Assembly (NCBI GenBank): GCA_024679065.1
Contig: JAGIQG010000003.1
Location: 35,588,001-35,652,000 of the forward strand
Source of the DNA: Sphyrna mokarran
Taxonomy: Eukaryota
Direction of reading: 5' to 3'
DNA: 64,000 nt
The notes beneath the pieces are model-generated. The model was not told where the DNA came from. It did no database searches and worked only from the letters and a program-made list of their open reading frames with translations. Below are positions 1-12,382 of this stretch, in pieces (within the stretch, counting starts at the first letter, position 1; every line of letters starts with the position of its first letter). Made by a program: the position numbers and the translations under genes.

Positions 1-7
1 ATTTTAA

Positions 8-800
8 TTGTGACAAAACGTCATTGATCTGAAAGGTTGAACTCAATTTTCCTGACCTCCTGGAGAAGGTTTTGGAAGCAGATGCCAGGAAGATAGTTGG
101 AAATCTAATCAGGATGGCTCCTCCACACATTCCTCCCCTTCCGTGCAGCTTTCCCTGGGTGGGTCGCCAGGTGGATTGGCAGACAGTTCAATGGAAGGGA
201 GCAGCCATTAGCTCCTTTAAGACCCCAATCAAGGGCCATTATCCCACTTTTCATCACTGGAGAGGCTCCAACATTGAGTTTGAAACGCAGCAACTGCCTG
301 TCTGTGGCAACTCAACGGTCACTGGAATTCCTCTCAAGCATTGAAAGGCAGCAACACAAAGCAATTATGGTTGCAGCCACAACCCGTGCTGGAAAGGGGC
401 ACCCCCCCCCCCACCCCCCCGCCCTCCACAGTGAAAGCCCCTAAAACCTCTGGCTTTCCCTTTTTTCAAACATGTTCAGCAAACAAGTGAAAGGAGTTCC
501 ATTTTGAGGCACCCTTGCATTCATTTCAGTCCCTCAGCAGTGCCCACTTCTCTGAGTGGGACTGACAGCAATTCAGTGCTGTGGAGCCTCTCACTGTGCC
601 TCCCACATTGTGGTCCCACATTCTGTCCATAATTGATAGCTCATCTCAGATGCTTCAGGGCACATGCAGGCTCGGGACCAAATTATGGTCTTGGCATTGG
701 GATCCTGGTGCCCATAGGGAAAAAAAATCAACCCATTAACTGTTTCCACCCCCACAGGTGCTGCCAGGCCAGTTGAGCATTTGTGGCACTTGCTGTTTTC
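8..800 (+). mobile_element. Penelope-like 3' terminal fragment split by an inserted non-autonomous DNA element (about 45-735)
   Basis: tgacaaaacgtcattgatctgaaaggttgaact (11-43) and taactgtttccacccccacaggtgctgccaggccagttgagcatt (737-781) resemble consecutive parts of the tail seen at 23856-23975. The GC-rich intervening segment ends in aaaaatcaaccc. Confidence 0.45.
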
Positions 801-843
801 ATGTATTCTGTGCTGATTGTTCTGGCCGCTTACGACAATAACA

Positions 844-1182
844 GGTGGTATAGTAACACAGTGGTTATCTTTGCTGCTTGACAGCTCCAGGGACCTGGGT
901 TCGAGTCCCGGCTCAGGTCATTGTCTGTGTAGCATTTGCACATTCTCCTTGTGTTTGAGTGTGTTTCCTCCAGGTGCTTCGGTTTCCTCCCACAGTCCAA
1001 GTATGTGCAGGTTAGATTGATTGGCCATGATAAAACAACTGCCCCTCGTATCCTGAAATGTGTAGGTTAGAGGGATTAGTGGGTAAAATATGTGGGGATA
1101 GGGCCTGGGTGGGATTGTGATTGGTGCAGACTCGATGTGCCGAATGGCCTCTTCCTGCACTGTAAGATTCTACGTCCTATGA
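844..1182 (+). mobile_element. HE1-type V-SINE, full length
   Basis: tRNA-like head (cagtggtta...gggttcgagtccc), V-domain (gtttcctccaggtgcttcggtttcctcccacagtcca) and CR1/HER1-type tail (gcagactcgatgtgccgaatggcct...ctgtaagattct). Confidence 0.85.
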
Positions 1183-1366
1183 ATAACAAACACATTCTTT
1201 AGCTGGAAGCATAATCCTAAAGTAAGCATAATGAAGTTGGGTTAATTTAAACCTAACAATTCCAATTGAATGCTGAGAGTAATTGATTAGTTATTGTTCT
1301 TATGCCCGCCTGATTTTGCTTTCCAATGGTTTTAGTAGTGTAGGAAATAGGCAGAATAAAAAACTA

Positions 1367-1502
1367 GATGGGATAGAAAATGGGCAGGATGGAAAATTGG
1401 GTAGGATGGGAATTGGGCAGGATGGAAAATGGGCATGATGGGAATTAGGTGGGATGGGAAATGGGTAGGATGGAAAATTGGGCGGAGTGGGAAACGGGCG
1501 GT
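1367..1502 (+). repeat. G-rich minisatellite, unit about 15-16 bp (gggcaggatggaaaat)
   Basis: About 9 degenerate tandem copies are directly visible. Confidence 0.85.
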
Positions 1503-2518
1503 CAAACAGATCCCATCAGCTTTTCAATCAGCAAGCTAGACTAAAATTACTCCCAGTTGTATCTGTAAAAGATTTCTGAGAAGCAGGAATTCTAAACCTA
1601 ATAAAGACTAGTTTAATTTAAGGTCTGGCATAGGTGGAGTTTGAACTTTACAACTCCTAGGCCTGTGGGATTAATAAAGTGTACTGAGAATAAAACAAGA
1701 AGAAAGTAATGGGAAGAGATCGCTGTAATTTTCTATATTTTTTTTAGCCCTTGGTTCTTTCTTGGACTGAATCCCAGTTTGAATTAGGCTTTATTTGAAA
1801 AGAAGCAGAGTATATTTCTGCCCTTTTATACCAGTGTGTGTTTTTTTATTGTAGAATGAAGGGACACTTTATCCTATTGCTTCACCAATTCTGCATTGGC
1901 TATTCAGCATGAACTCTTTGACCGAAGCCTTTTGTTTAACTTCTCACATTATTCAGTAAGTGAGCCCTAGGCTTTGAAATGTTTTAACCTTAGTTACAGA
2001 CAGATGAGTGATACTGTACTCTTATAACATATAAATTCCAGCCATTACAACATCTTGCCAACTACAGTATTTCTCCTATGTTAAAGAAGTCAGTAAACTG
2101 TAAGTAGTGCTGCAGGTACTTAAGGCTAAAGTAAGAATCCATTTGAAAGTGGTTCATGCATTTAATGAATGAAAACAAATAGATTCAAAATAACACAAGT
2201 ATTGCTGGAACATATTAGTAGTAACTGTAAATCAGAACATTTAACACAATTTCCAGAGCTGGAAAATTCTTCAGGGGGTTTCACCAGACTCACGCCATAT
2301 CTCCAGCAGGAGACCAACAGCATCGATTCAAAAATGTCTGCACCCGGTTGTATCTGGTCTGTTGGTTCTTATATTTTGAGGTCTGCTCTATAAGGTCTTT
2401 ACAAGGCAATTGTTGGGGGAGAATGTGGAAGATGATGGGGGATGAGAGAGAGGTTGCTTTGTGAGCTGCTGGGGCTGGGACCTTCTATATTGGAATTTTC
2501 CATTTTCCAGGTTCATTT

Positions 2519-2770
2519 GGGCAGCATGGCAGCAGAGTAATTAGCTCTGTTGCCTCACAGCGGCAGGAACCTGGGTTCAATTCCAGCCTCGGGTGACTGT
2601 GTGGAGTTTGCACATTCTGCTCATGTCTGTATGGATTTCCTCCAGGTGCTCTGCTTTCCTATCACAGTCCAAAGATGTACAGGTTAAATGGATTGGTTAT
2701 GCTAAATTGCTCTTAGTTTCCCAAGATGTGCAGGTTAGATGGATCAGCCATAAGAAATGTGTGGAGCTTA
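2519..2770 (+). mobile_element. HE1-type V-SINE, 3' end cut off by the adjacent LINE
   Basis: Head gggcagcatggc...gggttcaattcc and V-domain are present. The sequence stops at gtggagcttac, where CR1 sequence begins. Confidence 0.8.
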
Positions 2771-3850
2771 CAAGCACTCCAAAGTCCCTTTGTTCAACGG
2801 AACTTCCTCGTGTCCCATCATTCATTGAGTACTTTCTTGTCAAATTACTCCTTCCAAAGTGTATCACCTAACACTTTTCAGGATTAAATTCCATCTGTCA
2901 CTTATCTGCCATTTGACCATTCAATCTATATTTTCTTGTAGCCCAAGATGCTCAACCTCACTGTTAACCACCCAGCCGATCTTTATATCATATGCAAACT
3001 TACTAATCCTACCCCTCACATAGCCATCAATGAAATTTATATAAATAATGAATAATAAGAGCCAAAACAGATCTCTGTGGTACGCCACTGTCTTGCAGTC
3101 ACTAAAGCAGCCTTCTGTCATCACCTTCTGTCTCCTACAACTGCACCAATTTTGAAACCACTTTACCAAGGTACTCTGTATCCCATCTGAATTTACCTTC
3201 TTTACAAGTCTCCCATGTGGGACCTTGTCAAAGGCTTTGCTGAAATCCATATACACTACATCAGCTGCACTATCCCATTCTATTCACCTGGTCACCTCAT
3301 TAAAAAATTCAATCAAATTTGTTTGGCAAGACCTGCCTCTGACAAAGCCATGCTGACTATCTTGTTCAAGCTTTGCCTTTCCAAGTGGAGATAGATGCTC
3401 TCCTCTAAACATTTCTCCAATAGTTTCTCTACCACTGACATGCAATTCACTGGTCTGTAGTTTCTGGTTTATCACTGCAATCCTTCTTCAATAGCGGAAC
3501 TACATTAGGTGGTTTCCAGTAATCTGGCACTTCCTCCATAAGAAGTCTCACAACATCAGGTTAAAGTCGAACAGGTTTATTTGGCAGCACAAGCTTTTGG
3601 AGTCCTGCTCCTTCATCAGATGAGTGAGGATTTGTGAACTCCACATCATGACCTCCTCTGTGGCCAGAGAGAAATTGAAAATTTGTGACCTCCTTTGTCT
3701 CCCACAGCAGCCTAGGACACAATTCATCTGGACCTGGATATTTATCCATTTTTAAGGCTGCCAACACCTCCAATACCTTATCTTTCCTTCTGTCAATTTG
3801 CTCAAGAACCTCACAGTTTCTCTCCCTGAATTCTATACTATTGTCCTCAT
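2771..3850 (-). mobile_element. CR1/HER1 LINE reverse-transcriptase fragment (degenerate)
   Basis: Minus-strand ORFs contain LKMDKYPGPDELCPRLL, SQHGFVRGRSCQTNLIEFFNEVT, YMDFSKAFDKVPHGRL and ISKFAYDIKIG, which are CR1 RT motifs, with frameshifts. An insert interrupts it at about 3539-3650. Confidence 0.9.
3539..3650 (-). mobile_element. Penelope-derived short insert with a degenerate hammerhead motif
   Basis: Same family as 60877-61061 and 62701-62910. Minus strand reads CTGATGAaggagcaggactccAAAAgcttgtg. A possible TSD acttcctc/acctcctc lies in the host LINE. Confidence 0.7.
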
Positions 3851-5829
3851 TCTCTTGGCCTCAAGATGCATTACATTACTATCCATCTTTACAGAAACAC
3901 TTGATTGCTCTGAAGAAGCTTCAAGTTTCATATTAAAGACCCCCTGCTCTTGCGTAAGTATTCTCCTTTCCTTCACAGTTGCAAGATTCTCGACAACGTA
4001 TCTATTTTTGTATTAATTTACTTTGGCATATCTATAGTTTTAATTAAATTACAAAATGGATTTATATTATGAGGATAGATTTCAGTGCATGAACTATTAA
4101 TACAATTACTCGGGTCAATGAAGCTTTCACCATGAAGTGATTAATGTCTAAAGACAAAAAACTCAAGTAGATTAAAATCTATATGGTTGGAGGTTACAGC
4201 AACCCAGGACTTCCAAATCAAGGTTATTATTAGTTGATTTCAACTTGAATTTGATTATTTGCCATAAAAACTGCAGGTAATGAAGATAATTGTCAAATAA
4301 GATTATTCTCTATATTAATGTTCCATCTCTAAAACAAACTTCATAATCTGTTTCATTATTTAGACGTTTCTTGAGAAACAAAAATCAAGCTTATCATTTG
4401 AAAGTTGCAAAAGATTAGTTTTAAAAATAATCTTTTTATTAGGCAGCTGCTAATTCAGATTTTATCATTAATTGGAGAAATGAACAGTATAATGATACAT
4501 TGAGAGAATCCTTTGACTGAATTATTTTTGCCCACAGGTATATCTCAGGTGTTCCATTTTCAGAAATGACATTGTTTTCAAGATTCACCTGTAAAATTAC
4601 CACTGATTGACATCACTTCCTGTGACATAGTGTCACTCCTAATCTGTACAATGGAGCTTTTCTCTTCTCATATTTCATCGCTTTCCTCAATCTTCCAATT
4701 TCAATTGTTGAATTATTACTGCGACTTTCAGGTTAAATGGTCCATTTTCATGGACAAGGCCATTCTTTGCACTCTTCCAACTCTAAGAACTTAAGCCAAG
4801 AAATTCCTCCATTTTGTTAAAGTTCGAGAAGACATTGAATAAGGCTGGAAGAACACTCCTTCAGTCACCATTTTATTTCCTATTACACTGTAGCTTTAAT
4901 CATTTTTATTTCCTTTGGGAAGAACAAAGCCTAAAAATTGGTAATCATTCCCTGGGCAGGAATGAGATAATCCATGATTAATATTCTACCAGTCTTTGTG
5001 ATGAAGTGGAGATTTATGATATTTCTCCAGCAGCATTTAAAAATACTTTCAATTTAATATGACCCTGCGAGAATTTAATGTTTGTCAAACTGAATCACAG
5101 GTAAACTAACAAGCCAGGTGAATTTAAGCACTATATAACAAGACAAAATTTGTAGTAAAATTGGTAGCCGTGCATACTTAAATGCTAAGAGATCTCATTT
5201 ATCTGGATAGCAATTTGACTGTTCGCCGCTGATGATCTCTAAATAGAGATTCTAATTCAGTTAGTGCTATGACCGGAGCCACAAACAGATGGTACATGTT
5301 GGAAAAATGAATTTCTAACACATTAGACTAAGGTCAACTTGTCTCATTGAAAGTAGTCTCACTGATGCTTCACTTCAAAATAAAACATAAATAAAGTTTT
5401 TCTTTAGAAATTCAACTAAATCTGTGCCCAGTTATTGTAAAAATCCACTCAATATTGAAAAAAGCACTTTGTTCATTTTGTTATTAGCAAACATTAGTTA
5501 GCTAAAATCTTTGTTTCTGCCCTTTTGGAAGACAGACAGATTTGTATTTTTAATCAATTTATATTTTATTGTGTCCATCCAATGCATTGCTTTACCTGAT
5601 TATTTTGTGTTTGATTATGTGTCGAGATCCATGATGGCTGAGGGAAATATTTGTCCAACTTACGCAAATATAGCTACTCCTTAAAATGTGGTCATCACTA
5701 CCAAGCTCTATCTTAGGTGAATGGATTCTTATAACAGATTTCCACCAATAAATAAATAAATTCAGAAGTGAACTGTAGCAGCAATTAAAACTGTCAGCGT
5801 TGTATACCATAGAGCAGTGTACCATAGAG

Positions 5830-6193
5830 CAGTTGTTTTTCAAACTTTTTTCTCGGCAACAGACTTTTACCACTTGGCCAAATGGCCACGCCTTGAGAAC
5901 AACGCTACGTTCCCTTGCTCGTTGTCTCTGACCCTCTCTTTCACATCACAAAATGATCTATTTCTCCAATCAGCTTACTAGAAGTGGAAAGAAAATTGGG
6001 GCAAAGTACACATACAGGGCGTACTAAACTGTTTATTTTCATCTCATGTGGTCATATTCCACATTGCAGTGAGAATTCACCCAGAGAGAAACTGGTCAAG
6101 CAATCTTTGGAAATCATTCTTTGTTTATGATGCATTTTTCAACATTCTGTGACTAGTCCACAGATCAAGACTCCCCCATTTTAAAAATCACTA
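5830..6193. mobile_element. hAT/Charlie-like non-autonomous DNA transposon (old)
   Basis: Terminal inverted repeats cagttgtttttcaaac ... ttttaaaaatcacta resemble the CAGTGGTTCTCAAA type. Flanks ccatagag and ccgtggat are a possible decayed 8-bp TSD. Confidence 0.5.
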
Positions 6194-6949
6194 CCGTGGA
6201 TAGAGATAGAAACATGCTGTTTGTGGACCTTCCACAAATAGGTAAAAGAATTTCATAGAACAATTATACCTCTCTTTCATTAGAACAAAATTTCTCTTCC
6301 TCCAAGCAATAGAGGGAGCAAAGTCAGAAGCTGGAGAATCAGAAGCAACCCAGCAAACCATCTGCTGGCTTTTCCAATCCAGAAATCCCAGGCAACAAGT
6401 TTTCAATTTTGCCAGAAAGGTGATTGTTTCAATCCAAATAAAGGGAAGATATTAAATACCAGTTTTTGACATAAAAATTCATCTACAGCAATAGACAGGA
6501 TATTGTGATCTATCTCTCTACCTGAATTCCTAATACATGCTCCCAATAAGTGAAGATCAGTGGTTGGAGCATGACTTGGTAAAATCCACCATGAAATATT
6601 GTATTTGATCTAACTATTTCACTGAAACAATTCATTGAGCATGTGTGCACGTATACATTACCTTACTTGCTGCGCTTCAATGTTAATACAACTGAAGCTG
6701 CCTTGTTAAGTCAGTATCTATGAGCCTCTAGTTTAAAATCTATTACCTCCTGTGGATTTCTCACACAGGGTGAGCCCAATAGTGCATAAGCTCAGCAGTC
6801 TGTTGAACAATAGCTGAGCTTTAAACACCCACTTCTTCCATCACTCAACATTTCTCCACTTATGCATACTTATCAACCAACTTTACTGCTCAAATCCTCA
6901 TCCTTCATTATAAGTTCTCCGATTTTCTCTTATCAGGCCTTTTCCTCTC

Positions 6950-7340
6950 CATGTTCAAACTTCCGTGGAACTAATCCTCCTCCTTCACAACTTCCCTCAC
7001 TCGTTTGACATTCATGTTCCCAGCAGATTAATTCCAAGATTTTGGATTCTAGTTTTAATTTCCCTTCATGGCCTTTCACCATACAAATTAGGAAACTGCC
7101 TTTGGCAATTTATTTGCGTCCTCATTGCTATGAAACTCCACATTACTGTGTGTTCCCTGCTTTCTCCCAGAACCATTTTGTCTTGCTACTTCTCCCTCTG
7201 TTTTTCAAAGGCACCAAGGAAACAACCCTTCAGCTGTGTCTTCACACTCACTTCTTTATTCCCTGTTCAGCCTCTGACACTCTTTTATTGTGTTGTGAGA
7301 TGTTCTCCTACATGAGAAGTGTTTAAGTGTAAACAGTTTA
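6950..7340 (+). mobile_element. L2-type LINE 3' end (degenerate)
   Basis: Encodes ...PSRLIPRFWILVLISLHGLSPY..., similar to the L2 C-terminal RIxFKILxLxFKxLHGLAP motif, followed by an L2-like tail (tgtgagatgttctcctacatgagaag). Confidence 0.55.
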
Positions 7341-8311
7341 ATCGTAATCCTCAGTGAAACATTGAAGTGCTGCACATTCATTAGTTTGAACCTGCATAAC
7401 ATTACTTCTTATTTTCCTCAATTAAAATTGAATGAATGAAGCACTATTCAAGTTTCCTCTCAAAACTTCCTGCACCTAATAGACCAGAATGTCTTTATTT
7501 CTTTCATTCCTTACACTTTCCTATTCATCTGCCTTGTTGGAGTTAATGCTGTATCATTTGTTAGCTTTAGCTCAACTCCTAATTTGTCAGGAACTAATTC
7601 TTCTGTTACCCCTTGCAACGCTGACACCTGCAAGAATTCTCTCGTAACAGATGACTGCAATTAGTCACAAGTTACTGTTGATGTGGAAAGAATTCTTCTG
7701 CCTGAAGTAGTTTGTGTGAGAAATAGCCATCTGTGCCATGTCCTCACCACAGGACACTATAGTCACAGAATAATTGTCTTGGCCAAAGTTCGAGGGTGTT
7801 CAGCTGCATGTACCCTTGTTGGTACTAGATGTCATCAAGGATACAAAACCAATAGGTCACCAAAAGCTTCTGTAAAGCCAATTCCCATGCTTGCAAGAGC
7901 AGAATTTACATGAAGACATTTTCATTCTTAGAAATTTTTGGGGCTAATGATGTATGTTATCTCAGTGTGAGTTTTTCTGTGAGTAACCTGTTGCCATTAG
8001 CACTCAGTTGACTAGTTGCCGAGATACTTAAAATCTAGTTCATGCACAGAATTTGAACACACCTCTCTAAACTTCGGAAACCTTGCACAGCGAGTGTGAT
8101 TTTTGCATTGAGTATAGAAAGCACTTGTAGTCTATATCCCATTAAGCTTGCAGCTTCAAATTAAAGGAAACAAATCAAAGTAGGTTACAGTAATCTGTGA
8201 ATCTGTGACATGTGATTTTTGTTAAGGTAGCCCTGAGAAAAAGAAGTGATATGTAATGGTAAAAGCAACACACAAAAGAGTATTTACGACCTTGCTAATG
8301 CCTCACAAGGA

Positions 8312-8745
8312 CGGGTGATGAATGGAGGGCTGGCGCACAGAGGGTTGGTGTATGGAGGGCTGTTGTATACAGGCTTGGTGTATGGAGGGTTGATATTGGA
8401 GGATTGGTGTATGGAGGACTGATGTATGGAGGACTGGTGAATGGTGGGCAGTTGTACGGAAGACTCGTGTACAGAGGCTTAGTGGATGAAGGGCTGACAT
8501 TGGAAGGCCGGTATATGGAAAACTGACATACAGAGGACTGGTGAATGGAGGGCTGGTGAAGGGAGGGCTGGTGAATGGAGGGCTGGTGAATGGAGGGCTG
8601 GAGTACGGAGGGCTGGTGTATAGAGGCTTGCTGTATGGAGAGCTGGTGTAAAGAGAAATGATTACCGAGGACTGGTGAATGGAGGGCTGGTATATAGAGA
8701 GAAGATGCAGGAGGGCTGGTGCATGGAGGGTTGGTGTACAGAGGG
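8312..8745 (+). repeat. 15-bp minisatellite (tggagggctggtgaa / tggagggctggtgta)
   Basis: About 28 degenerate units with a near-perfect core at 8540-8620. It explains the spurious QPSIH and TSPPY ORFs. Confidence 0.9.
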
Positions 8746-8849
8746 CCAACTGGGAGAAACACCCGGATGACGATGGCGGTCCAAATAAGATCAATGGACA
8801 ATCTTGCAGAAAATCTCTGAACTTGAGCCACTAGGGAAGACCACTAACC

Positions 8850-11450
8850 CTGATGAGTCAGTCCCACATCCAGTGAGAATTATTGGACTTCCAGTCACCA
8901 TTCTGAGATGTCAAAATGTAGACGGTCAGCTCACACAGTTTGAAGAACTCATGGACGCAAAGGACAACTCTTGACGCCCAAGCTCTGGACATTGAGCCGG
9001 TGGAAAATATCACTAAGTTATTAACGGACAGGGGAAAATCTCCAAAAGAAGTTCAAGGGCCTCCCTGAGGTCAGCAAAGTAAGAATATGACAGAAAAGTA
9101 CAATTGTAACATAGGGACAAAGAGATACCAGGCAAAGCAGAAAGCACTATGTTGAGTGACTCAGTTGCTCTGAAACCAATAGGCCCCACACAATATCCAC
9201 ACCCACATTTCTGGTTACTGCCTGTTTGTTATGAATGCAAGGATCAAATACCATACTGGAACAACTGCCCCTGTATGTTGCTAAGTGACATCATGCCAGA
9301 AATCAAGGCGTGTGGCCAAGCGTGGCTCCTTGTAGAAGCCTGGTATAATTTTTAGGAAAGATCAGAAAGATGCAGTAATTGATGTCATAGTTCGGTACAA
9401 GACAATTGAGATAGCGTGGGAAGAAAAAAAGTGTAAGCATGTTCACCTTGGATCTGAGATTAAAGGAGGAAGCTCAAATGCACAAATATATATCGGCTTT
9501 GTACTGGGTGCAAGAAGAAAATGGCTCAAGACGAACAATAACAAATTTCAATTCCTCAAGGTTCAGAGATAGAAGTCATTCACCCAGCAAATTTCCAAGC
9601 TCACAACATCACTCCAAATGCTGCAAATCTTCAGTGACAGTAAGTTGGATTACATTTCTATAGCCCAGCTCCCTGCTGAAAACCGACCCTCAGTTCCAGA
9701 GTGTGGTGGGCATCAACACAGGGTGCAAAAATCGTGATGGAAAAACAAAATAGTAACATATAAACACAAAATGGATAAAAAAATGTAAACAGTACAAAAT
9801 CCCAGAAATGATGGCGAACTCATAAATAATAAATAAATTGTGCATGGTTAGCTACTGATAGGATGTTGCAGCAACACGATCAAATGATGAATTCTTTGTA
9901 ATAGTCCTCACATAACAAACTAGAATGGTACTCGAAACAACATGCGTGGTAACTTGTAACAGTCGGCCCCAAAACAGCATGACACCAATGACACCAGTCA
10001 ACCCCTGTCTCAACATAACCCCAGAAAAGACCCCTGTTGTGGTAACGCTAGAGGTTTCAAAAATGTGGACAAACCACATAAAGGCTCAGGTAACACACTC
10101 ACGTTGTTTTCAAATAATCCTTTGTAACAATATCCTGTCCCAAACAGGTAAATGGCCACTGATAACAGGACACAACATATATTAAACTTTCATTGTTTTT
10201 ATCATTGAAAAACCTTATGATTCATTCATTGTATCTTGTGCATATCCACAACACACCAGGACACACAGTTAAGATGTAAATTACAATTAAAATCTCCTTC
10301 ATTATTACAGCATCTCAAGCATACATTTCCACTTGCAGCGAAATTTCGTGCAGAAAATTGCCTGTGAGTGAACTCGAAAAGGATGCAAACAATTAAAGAG
10401 TATGACAACTTGCTGTCAGAAGAGTGAAACACAAATCCTTACAGCCTTAGGAGGACTTCAATAAACATCTCAAATCGTGACTTTTCTTTAGCTCAGGGGG
10501 AAAAAGGCTAAAAAGTGACAGGTAAGAATGAAGTAAAAGGAAACTAAGATACCGGCACAAATCTACAAAGAGGTGTCAGCAGCCCAACCCCCTCACTGTT
10601 TGATGGTTGCTGAAGTGAAGATGATGTTGCCTGAAGTAGTTAGGTAATAAGAAAGGCCTGTGTAACCTTTCATGCCATTTTCTGCCCATAGCCGTATAAT
10701 TCAATGGGTGGTATTTTATGACCTCACTTGTCCTGACATAATAAATTCCCGCCCAAGGTCAACGGGCCTTTCCATTGTCCGTCCCTCGCCCGCAGAGATT
10801 CTCATGGCTGGCAAGCTGGTAAAATTCCGGACAATATATCTCAAGAGAGAGAGAGAACCCAGTGCTTCAGTAGGGCTATCATTCTATGTTGCATGGTAGC
10901 TGTAAGTATTCTTACGTCTACTAAGCCAGAACCTCTGAATAAAGCTCCATATAATCCTTATTAGGTTGGCATAACGAAGCACGTAGCTATCGTTGGTGAT
11001 ATCTTGGTAACTAAACAGTTACCAGAGTAGCTAAACAGGCTCTGTCGGCTGTTGTTTACTCAGCTATGTCTTTCATGGAGTGTCATTTTAATAGTTGATA
11101 CCCTGTGACCGGAATGTTTCTGTTGCAGACATGTAAAAGCGTGACTAGTTGCATGAGCAAGATGGAAGAGGAAAGATGAAGGAGAACCACCTTCCCCTAT
11201 AACTAGTCAGGTTTCACATGTCCGGCTTGATATATCATTACATAGGAACCATAGGTTCTCTATGGGCGTGAAAACATATAACACCTGAGATGCTCTCTGA
11301 CCTTCATCAAGAGATCAGAGATGCATGGAGTTCCCAAGAGGGCAGCCAATGTAGCACAGTGGTAACTGCAGAATGATTAGAAGGTTGACACACATCAAAT
11401 GCCAGATTCTAAGATGAATACAGAATGGCAAAAGAAGAACAAAAAGATCA
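8850..11450 (+). mobile_element. Possible highly decayed LTR-retrotransposon internal region
   Basis: Purine-rich sequence with a coding-like texture. Fragments resemble a gag zinc knuckle (about 9695-9730) and a post-core integrase segment (cttcccctataac... and gttctctatgggcgtgaa = VLYGRE, about 11190-11272). There is no intact ORF and I identified no LTRs. Confidence 0.3.
10706..10832 (+). mobile_element. Short MITE (Harbinger-like GGG...CCC ends)
   Basis: aat|gggtggtatttt ... aaaattccggac|aat gives imperfect TIRs with a 3-bp aat duplication. A related copy lies in reverse at 27346-27490. Confidence 0.55.
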
Positions 11451-11761
11451 ACTAAAAGGGTTTAGAAATTATCTCAAAATTTACAAAATAATTTTCTTGT
11501 GAGTCATCACTAACCTAACTTTCATATTCAGCACAGCAGCTATTCTAAATGATTAGGACCATGAATGAGCATCCATCCTGCATAACATCATTGGAAACTT
11601 CCTCATAGGATGCTCCCTATTTTGTAAATATTTTAACTTGGCTCCATTTCCAGCAGCTGCTCTCAACCCCAACAAATATATGCAGCACACAAAATGCACT
11701 TAACCAATTAGCACAACAGACTTCCATCCAATTTAGTTATCAGGTTTTCCCAATCTACATT

Positions 11762-12105
11762 GCGGCATGGCAGCAAAGTGGTTAGTACTGCTGCTTCTCA
11801 GCTCCAGAGACCTGGATTTGATTCCGGCTTGGCTCACTGTCTCACTGTGGAGTTTACATGTTCTCCCTGTGTCTGCATCGATTCCCTCCGTTTGCCCTGA
11901 TTTCCTCCTACAGTCCAAAGATGTGCAGTTAGCTGCATCGGTCATGCTAAAGGTTGCCCCTTAAGAGTCCTGGAATGCATAGATTAGAAGGATTAGCAGG
12001 GTAAATATGTGTGGATATGGAGAGAGGACAAAGACGGGATTGTTATCAGTTCAGACTCAATGGGCCGAATGACCTTCTCTGCACTGTAGGGTTTCTATGA
12101 TTCAA
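11762..12105 (+). mobile_element. HE1-type V-SINE, full length
   Basis: tRNA head, V-domain, and tail tgggccgaatgaccttctctgcactgtagggtttctatgattc. Confidence 0.85.
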
Positions 12106-12249
12106 TGGACTTGATCAGAAAATCTCAGCCTGCGTATATAACGTTGAGCCTCTACGTGTTCATGACCTGATTTAGAATGAGTCTAGGATTATTTTACTAT
12201 ATTTCTTCAGCAAAGGTACAGATTTCAAGCAAGAGAACGTAGAAACGAT

Positions 12250-12382
12250 GGGCCATATTTTCCCATCCTGCCAACCTGCTACAGAAATTGTAGCGGCGGA
12301 AAACAGACAATATAAAGATCTATTGACTGTGATTGTGATTTTCTGGTCTAGTCAGAACAAGTATAGTCAGAAAATGCCACCT
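12250..12382. mobile_element. Short MITE
   Basis: gggccatattttcc ... gaaaatgccacc ends, with internal similarity to 27346-27490. Confidence 0.45.

Noticed and set aside
844-920. tRNA-like A and B boxes here and at the heads of other SINEs
   Set aside because: They continue directly into V-domain SINE bodies and form no complete cloverleaf, so they are not tRNA genes.
8295-8831. 178-aa and 163-aa Pro/Ser-rich ORFs
   Set aside because: They are products of a 15-bp minisatellite, with no recognisable domain or splice support.
8848-8890. CTGATGAG as a possible hammerhead core (also ctgatgac at about 38461)
   Set aside because: No stem II followed by GAAA at the right spacing, and no Penelope context.
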